The position numbers were made by a program, and so were the translations under genes. 32,000 bases of DNA. Origin: Wallemia ichthyophaga EXF-994. Taxonomy: Eukaryota; Fungi; Basidiomycota. Every line of letters begins with the position of its first letter. Within the stretch, counting starts at the first letter, position 1. Where the stretch lies: the NCBI RefSeq assembly GCF_000400465.1, contig NW_008806284.1, positions 180,001 to 212,000 of the forward strand, given 5' to 3'. Below are positions 25,980 through 32,000 of this stretch, in pieces. A model generated the notes under the pieces. The model saw only the letters and a list, made by a program, of their open reading frames with translations. It ran no database searches and had not been told where the DNA came from.

Positions 25980-27164
25980 CTAGTAAAAGTGCTCTGCTTG
26001 AGGTATTGGGTTGCGAATAGCATCTGGAGTAAGTCTACTAATATCTGCCGACAATTTACACTCTGTGATAATATCAGCGAGTACTTTGCCTGTAGCAGGG
26101 CCTAATAAAATACCCCACACGCTATGTCCAGCGCCGACGTGAATGCCCGGTGAGATGGTCCCTATAAGTGGATTGCTTGAGCTACCAGTAGGTATTGGCA
26201 TATAGCAGGCTTGTTCGGCGACTACCTCAGTCAGGCTACCTTGGTATGTAGAGAAGTGTTGTGGGGAGATAAGTGCGGCTTCCTTCTTGAGCTGGGCGAT
26301 GCTGGCTGCATCTACCTCAACCTCCGCCGCCGTATTCGGTAGCCTGGCGTCATCTGCACTGCCACATACAAACGCCGTACCATCTGGCCTAGCAAACAGC
26401 TCTGGCTCTGATGGCTGATGGCCGCGGACTAGTAGATTGACAAATAAACAGTGGGCTGACATATGCAGCTGGCTCGGTGGCTGGAGGATAATGGAGTGAA
26501 TGCGTTGGCCATCGACGCGTGCAATGTTTGATTCTTCACGTGTGAGTGTGTCAGCTGCTAATTTGCCTGTCCATGGACCAGTGGCGAATACGACATGGTC
26601 ACACTCAATCTGCCACTCATTTTCACCATCTGAGACAGTTGCTGATCTTGGTCTATTCTCCTTGTCTTGGTTTCTTTCAATCGATATCAAGTGGGCTTTG
26701 ACGAAGGTGGCTTTTGATTGTGCTAATAACATTTCCACTAACGGACGCGGATTCACCTGTGCACACATATTCGGTGATCCTAGCAAATTGCACTCGGAGA
26801 CAATCACATTCGGATCAACCCAATTTGTACCAAACTTCTTGTGTTCATATTGAGGGCATTTTCGATGACCAATTTCTGCAGATAAGTTGAGTGCTGTTAC
26901 TCTGCGATAACCCCAGTTGCGTGGACCGTCCAACTTGTCAGCGAGATCTTGGTGTATACGCCAGCTCAATTGAGATAATGAATTTGAATCAGGGCCATTC
27001 CAATCGGCAGCAATGAAACCACCTGCTTTTCCTGAGGCACCGGGTGCAATGCCTGAGGAATCGATGATAGTGATGTGAGCTGGATCCTGAGACTGTGATA
27101 GGAAGTAGGCAGTTGAAGTACCAACAATACCACAACCAACGATTAAAACGTTTTTATTTGACAT
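25980..27164 (-). CDS. TDA3: FAD-dependent oxidoreductase, DAO family, Tda3/Btn3-like
   Basis: Rossmann motif VLIVGCGIVGTSTAYFL; IIDSSGIAPGASGKAGGFIA; GYR; VFATGPW; QACY.P; GAGHSVWGILLGPATG. Single exon. Confidence 0.82.
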   Translation of the reverse strand: MSNKNVLIVGCGIVGTSTAYFLSQSQDPAHITIIDSSGIAPGASGKAGGFIAADWNGPDSNSLSQLSWRIHQDLADKLDGPRNWGYRRVTALNLSAEIGHRKCPQYEHKKFGTNWVDPNVIVSECNLLGSPNMCAQVNPRPLVEMLLAQSKATFVKAHLISIERNQDKENRPRSATVSDGENEWQIECDHVVFATGPWTGKLAADTLTREESNIARVDGQRIHSIILQPPSQLHMSAHCLFVNLLVRGHQPSEPELFARPDGTAFVCGSADDARLPNTAAEVEVDAASIAQLKKEAALISPQHFSTYQGSLTEVVAEQACYMPIPTGSSSNPLIGTISPGIHVGAGHSVWGILLGPATGKVLADIITECKLSADISRLTPDAIRNPIPQAEHFY

Positions 27165-27603
27165 TTATACAGTGGATGTTTAAAATGAAAATTAATTTAT
27201 TTTGTACCTTGTAGTACACATACTTATGGGAGTAGTACATGATGAATTGGCTGTGGTTAAGAGGATCAGATATAAGAATATAAATGCTTTAAGAGGTCAA
27301 ATTTGGTTTAATTGGCTCGATTTATTCATCAATTCAGTCAGTAGGCTGCTCAAAGAAAAGACAGCAGCCAACCAATCAAAAGCCACGCACGCAGCGCTTA
27401 AACTCACGGAATTCCTAGATTACCAGCTAAAGCTAACGCATTTCATTCCAATTACACTCACGTTACTTGGTTGTGTGGCTAGAATATGGGATTGGATGGG
27501 ATCCGTTTCCATATCTCATTAGCATTCCATTCCAAGGGTTTCGTATAAAATTCATAACATGGCTCTCTTTCTCTTTCTTAGAACACTGTAAACAATCAGT
27601 AGA

Positions 27604-28125
27604 ATGTCCCTCCTCATCACTCTCACCAGATTCTTCAAAGTCGTAATCATCGCCTTCTCCATCGCGATTATCGTGTTGGGTGCTGTATATACCAGAGACG
27701 TAAGCGACTGGTTTAGCCATGCCCGCTATGCATCAGCCGTCGCCGCTCTCCTCGCCGCATCAGCCTTAAACCTCCTCACAACCCTCATCCCGCTCACATA
27801 CGGTGGTTTATCCGTCGGCCTCAACGTTCTCCTCTACCTCTTCAACTTCCTCTTCACATTCGCAACTGCAATCGCTGTTGCTGCCCTGAGAGAAGGCAGA
27901 GGCGGTATGGCTTACTGCCGCGACTTGCAACCAAACAGGATGTTCTCGCACTGTTTCGACCAGTATCTCGCTCTCATCGTATTAGGCTTCCTCCTCGCCT
28001 TCTTCGACCTCTTCCTCGTCATCATTTACCCCATCGCGGTGATGCTCCACAACAAACGCGTCAACCAGTCAAATGGGTTTAGAACGAGGACTGACAGTCT
28101 CTTACCAAAGCAGCAGGAAAATTGA
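27604..28125 (+). CDS. Four-transmembrane membrane protein, MARVEL-like
   Basis: 173 aa with four hydrophobic segments, a Cys pair (YCRD..SHCF) in the loop before the last helix, and a polar C-terminal tail. Biased codon usage (ctc/ttc/atc). Confidence 0.75.
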   Translation: MSLLITLTRFFKVVIIAFSIAIIVLGAVYTRDVSDWFSHARYASAVAALLAASALNLLTTLIPLTYGGLSVGLNVLLYLFNFLFTFATAIAVAALREGRGGMAYCRDLQPNRMFSHCFDQYLALIVLGFLLAFFDLFLVIIYPIAVMLHNKRVNQSNGFRTRTDSLLPKQQEN

Positions 28126-28271
28126 AGATGTTTTCTCTTAACTTTGTTCTCCTCTCTTCACTCATGTACCGTGCATCCACATTAATTTTTAATACCTAAT
28201 CTTAATATCACATCGGATTATATTGTCCGTTTACCTTGATTTCTTTATCTGGCTGCTTTGCCTTAACTTAA

Positions 28272-28620
28272 ATGGCTGAAGATGGTTTTGTCTGTGTTTT
28301 CTTAATCCTTGTTTTCTCTTCTCATTCACAATTTACAGGGCTGCGCTGGCCTCATATCCATCTGCTGCGTGTCCATTATCGAACCCATCTGCAACACGCA
28401 CAGATGCGGTATGTGCAACGCGTGCTCCTGCAACTGCTGCAAATGCTGCCAAAATAAATTTGATCAAGATAATTGGAATGCACACAAGAGTCCATTTGAC
28501 AGGGATGACGGTGACACAGCGACCACCCAGCAACCCACACAGCAGCCCAATATGAACGTCGGTGGCGATGCTGTTACTCTAAGCAACAACCCACCTCCAC
28601 CTCCATACTCAACTCAATGA
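28272..28620 (+). CDS. Small Cys-rich protein (99 aa) with a C-terminal PPxY motif, 2 exons
   Basis: ATG 28272 plus intron 28290-28338 (GTCTGT..TACAG, 49 nt) gives MAEDGFGCAGLISICCVSIIEPICNTHRCGMCNACSCNCCKCCQNKFDQDNW...NNPPPPPYSTQ*. Confidence 0.72.
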
Positions 28621-28676
28621 AAATTAACCTGGGTATCTTCTTTTGTATCTTCCCTACAATTCAATTCACTTTCCGT

Positions 28677-30638
28677 TTAAAACCCTCCAGCTAACTTTGT
28701 TGCCGCTTCTCTCGCATTTATACGCTTCTTATCCGCCTTGTGTCTTGATATACTTGCCGTCGACTGTGACATGCTTTCTCTGCTTGCTGAGGTCGGTGTC
28801 GGTGTGGCCTGGGCTGGAAGTACTGATGACTGTGATAGCGTCGTGCGTGATGTATCTACTCTACCCGTCAATGCACTAGCCGAGGCACCCAGTGGATCAC
28901 TTGAGTTTGTTTGCTTGATTTGCTTATTCTGATTTTGCTCCTCATCTTGCTCCTGCTCCTGTGTCTTTTCTTGTTTCTTCTCCTGCTTCTTCTCTTGCTC
29001 ATACTCCCGCTGCTGCTCCTTCTCTTTCTCTTCCACGCCCCCCTCCACACTCCCACTCCCACCCACGTCCATCCCTTCAACCACCCTCTGGACGGCCTGC
29101 AACTCACCAATTTTAAGACGGGAGTGCTCAACACCCAAAGCGGCGTGTTCACTGAGTAGATGAACGAGATCTTCCTCTGTCTGTTTATCATGAACAGCGA
29201 GAGCCTGATGAAGATGCAGCCCTACGAGCTGAACCTGCTGAGCGAGGTTATCCTCGACAGTCTGCGCCTCTCTCAATTCACCTAGGGACGAATCCGCCCT
29301 CTGTACGTTAATCGCCCTACCACCCTTCATGCGTTCTACTGCGCGTCTCTTCGAGATAGAGCGCTGCACTGCGCGCTGATAGTCATCCTGTAGTTCGTTA
29401 CGCTGCACGAGTGTGTATCTTACTGCTCTCGCATCGCGCGCGCAATAAATTAGCCCGTCATATAGTGTCACCAGCTCTCCCGCACAATGCCGCAGTCCTA
29501 CCTCGCCCATACGCCCAGCACACCGCGAAAGCTTCTCCAAGGAATGCGCCAGACTCGGCATGTGTACTCGCTCCGCACCAGATAGGGTCAATAGTCGCTC
29601 ACTTACACTCGTCTCAGCTGTCGCACTGTCACGTTGACGACGTATCACCATCTCGAGTGTACCGACGACGCGTTGGAGTGCCTTCTCTTGATCTTTAGCT
29701 ACCGCTTGCGCTTGTATTAGGTATGCGTTGGTGTCTTCGTTCTCGTCTGCCGTATTAGTTGCGTCAGACCCGTTAGAGGCGTTGGTTGGGTCGTCGCTAT
29801 ATGCTGCGTGAACCTTTTCTTCCTTCGTCACCGCTGCCCCTCCTCCTCCTCCGCCCCAAAGCCCCAGATTAGGGAGTTTGTTGGATAGCTTAAAGTTGAT
29901 ACCCCCGCCACGTGGTTTGAACAGCTGGACAGGAACGTAGGAGAATTTGTTCATGATAAATGCACGCATATCGCTGTCGTTGTGCAAAGCAACATCCCCA
30001 CTGACCCTATCAAACCAGCGCTGAAGTGCGAGACGCACACGACGGTCATCTTCCTCTTCGCTCTGTGCGTTGGAGGAGTTGGCGGGGAGTGCGGGAATGA
30101 TAGTGGAAGGGTGTGCCTGAGTGAGCTGCTCACTCAACCGCGTCACCTCATCGTATGTGCGCTGTACACCACGATAAACAGAGCTGTTGCGAGATGTTGC
30201 TGTCCCACCGCCTGTATCATAGTCGGGGATATTCGTACTCGCGTCAAATTCAACAAGATAGTCACGTCGATTCTTGGTAATACCAGTAACGCGAATTTTG
30301 AGGAAAGGGGGGGAATCAGCCGTGGTTGTATGGTTATTACTGCTTTTAATGCTGTTGCTACCAGCAGTGGTTATGACAGATGGCTGCGCAAGTGGGGCTG
30401 TTGGCTGGCCATATATCTTAGCAGTGGAGGGTATACTGAGAGTGGATGAGTTCCTGCTGCGTGGTGGTTGCTGTGTATGCTGTTGCTGTTGACGCTCCCT
30501 TTCCCTCTCTTCCAGCGCTGGCAAAGGCTTATCCGTGGAGAGAGATGTGTGCAGTGAGTGCGACGCCGGCGCATCTTCCCAGGCGTTTGAGCTGTCGTAG
30601 AGTGTTGGAGCTGATTGGCTGAGTGGATCACTGTTCAT
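28677..30638 (-). CDS. VPS17: Retromer PX-BAR sorting nexin Vps17
   Basis: PFLKIRVTGITKNRRDYLVEFDASTNIPDY, VQRTYDE, IIPALP, LQRWFDRV (PX domain); helical BAR region; Q/E tract; terminal RINAREAATKLAGGF. Single exon. Confidence 0.85.
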   Translation of the reverse strand: MNSDPLSQSAPTLYDSSNAWEDAPASHSLHTSLSTDKPLPALEERERERQQQQHTQQPPRSRNSSTLSIPSTAKIYGQPTAPLAQPSVITTAGSNSIKSSNNHTTTADSPPFLKIRVTGITKNRRDYLVEFDASTNIPDYDTGGGTATSRNSSVYRGVQRTYDEVTRLSEQLTQAHPSTIIPALPANSSNAQSEEEDDRRVRLALQRWFDRVSGDVALHNDSDMRAFIMNKFSYVPVQLFKPRGGGINFKLSNKLPNLGLWGGGGGGAAVTKEEKVHAAYSDDPTNASNGSDATNTADENEDTNAYLIQAQAVAKDQEKALQRVVGTLEMVIRRQRDSATAETSVSERLLTLSGAERVHMPSLAHSLEKLSRCAGRMGEVGLRHCAGELVTLYDGLIYCARDARAVRYTLVQRNELQDDYQRAVQRSISKRRAVERMKGGRAINVQRADSSLGELREAQTVEDNLAQQVQLVGLHLHQALAVHDKQTEEDLVHLLSEHAALGVEHSRLKIGELQAVQRVVEGMDVGGSGSVEGGVEEKEKEQQREYEQEKKQEKKQEKTQEQEQDEEQNQNKQIKQTNSSDPLGASASALTGRVDTSRTTLSQSSVLPAQATPTPTSASRESMSQSTASISRHKADKKRINAREAATKLAGGF

Positions 30639-30706
30639 CGTCCAGGAACAAGAAGTAAAAGAAATAAAATAAAAAATATAATTATTCAGGTTATCTGATA
30701 ACCATC

Positions 30707-31393
30707 ATGTCGAGAAGCACACAAGTTACAATCACCGCCGCACCTTGGAAATCACTGCTAGAGAATACGCTAAATGAAAATAAAGAAAAGACTAAAAATA
30801 TATTCAACGTTGCTGTTGGTACAGTCCAAGGGAATAGACCTAGAGTGAGGATGATGGTACACAGGGCATTCCAAGGAAATCTACTCCTTACGACAACTGA
30901 TATACGTATGAACAAGATACATCAATTGGAAGATTCCTACGTTGATAACAAAGGCTCACCAATCGATTATGTCTTCTGGATTGAACCTGCTATCCGTCAA
31001 TTCAGATTCACCGGTAACGCTTTCCTTCTGCCTTCACCTTGTCATCGTAATCCAACTCCCTTATCAGATTACCTCATTAATTCTGGTATCGACTTTGAGC
31101 AGAAACGCATTGACATCTATAACTCCATGTCACGCTCTTTACGCGCTTCTTTCGCTAAACCTTTCTCGCCTGGAAGTCATAGATCTTGGGATGAAAATTC
31201 TCATCCGTCTCCCGATAAAGTTGAGTCAGATGACCAAGATGAGTGGTATCAAAAGGGCTTAGACAACTTTGCATTGCTCGTTGTAGACCCATTTCAAGTT
31301 GATTACTGCGATCTCCTCACTCAACCAAATCAACGTAAGGTATTCACACTCAACGAGCAAAACGCGTGGATTGAAGAGGATGTACACCCATAA
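30707..31393 (+). CDS. Pyridoxamine 5'-phosphate oxidase-like FMN-binding protein (Pyridox_oxase_2/Alr4036-like)
   Basis: APWK, TVQGNRPRVRMMVHRAF, TTTDIRMNKIHQL, FWI...RQFRFTG, R..IYNSMS..LRASF, NFALLVVDP..VDYCDL, W.EE.V.P. Confidence 0.85.
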   Translation: MSRSTQVTITAAPWKSLLENTLNENKEKTKNIFNVAVGTVQGNRPRVRMMVHRAFQGNLLLTTTDIRMNKIHQLEDSYVDNKGSPIDYVFWIEPAIRQFRFTGNAFLLPSPCHRNPTPLSDYLINSGIDFEQKRIDIYNSMSRSLRASFAKPFSPGSHRSWDENSHPSPDKVESDDQDEWYQKGLDNFALLVVDPFQVDYCDLLTQPNQRKVFTLNEQNAWIEEDVHP

Positions 31394-31414
31394 TGTATAT
31401 AATCATATAAAATC

Positions 31415-32000
31415 TTAATCCAAACTTAAATTGATCGCTGGCATTTCATTCTGTCGCTTGTTAGACGTAGTAACGGGTGTATTACCACCAGATTCATCCT
31501 CCACCTCCATGAATTTTACTCTTTGTCTGTGTAGTAACGGCAGCTTAGGCGTGAGCGTTACCAACAAAGCCACAAAGTTGAATGCAAATAACCAGCTCTG
31601 AAATTTGGTATAGTGAGTTGAAATCAAGAACAATCCAATTGGCACACAGGTAAGCCACTTGCGAGCAGGCGTATACTGAGCACCGCCATCAATCTGTTCC
31701 CAGAATGTAAGCTCATCCCATGCGCCATTGTTGCTCTCAAAAGGAACTCCCTTGACGTGATGGAACATGAGGAACGTGACTGCCATATAACCGCAGTTAA
31801 CCAGTGTCCAGCTGATTTCCTGTGTCATTCCAGGTAAAGCGTCTATTAACAGCTTCCCAAGCGTCACGAGCACTACATGCATCAGCCACGCGCCTTTGAA
31901 ATTTACCCAGTCAGCGTTGTAGTTGTTCAGTGCTCCTTGATCTAGCGTCTCCTGTGCATCTGCTGGTACTTCCTGTAAACTAACAAGCGATGACGATCTC
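31415..32000 (-). CDS. ORM1: ORMDL-family regulator of serine palmitoyltransferase; 5'-truncated by the window edge
   Basis: The frame is open to 32000: RSSSLV...NYNADWVNFKGAWLMH, SWTLVN, MFHHVKGVPFE, DELTFWEQIDGGAQYTPARKWL..VPIGLFLISTHY, PKLP.LHR.R. Confidence 0.95.
   Translation of the reverse strand, partial: RSSSLVSLQEVPADAQETLDQGALNNYNADWVNFKGAWLMHVVLVTLGKLLIDALPGMTQEISWTLVNCGYMAVTFLMFHHVKGVPFESNNGAWDELTFWEQIDGGAQYTPARKWLTCVPIGLFLISTHYTKFQSWLFAFNFVALLVTLTPKLPLLHRQRVKFMEVEDESGGNTPVTTSNKRQNEMPAINLSLD

Noticed and set aside
27202-27522. 106-aa ORF between TDA3 and the MARVEL-like gene
   Set aside because: Non-ATG start, AT-rich promoter-like sequence and no protein features.
28738-30631. 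Hydrophobic or Leu-rich ORFs antisense or off-frame to VPS17 (e.g. 28911-29159)
   Set aside because: They mirror the Q/E/K low-complexity tract and GC-rich codons of VPS17.

Overview
Eukaryotic (fungal) genomic DNA from a very compact basidiomycete genome. Introns are mostly 44-57 nt GT-AG with CTAAC/CTGAC-like branch sites, and intergenic gaps run from about 20 to 440 bp. This architecture suggests Wallemia, but that is an inference and was not searched. I support about 19 protein-coding genes, most of them spliced, so the ORF track fragments them. In order: a GNAT acetyltransferase missed by the track, a KDM5/JARID1 histone demethylase, PP4 subunit PSY2/SMK1, SPO71-like, PEX6, a small orphan Cys/N-glycan-rich ORF, BMT6-like rRNA methyltransferase, three paralogous DHA1 MFS transporters, AFG1 ATPase, cytosolic HSP70 with a phased heat-shock-element array, TDA3-like FAD oxidoreductase, a 4-TM MARVEL-like protein, a small Cys-rich PPxY protein, VPS17, a PNPOx-like FMN-binding protein and a partial ORM1. 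I saw no RNA genes, transposons or CRISPR arrays. Most of the window is ordinary housekeeping DNA, and I found no clearly new multi-gene system. The best leads are two small orphan proteins, a transporter paralogue with no in-frame ATG for its conserved N-terminus, divergent intron positions among tandem paralogues, clean motif losses in PEX6 D1 and the KDM5 C5HC2 finger, stop-free in-frame introns, and extreme gene packing.
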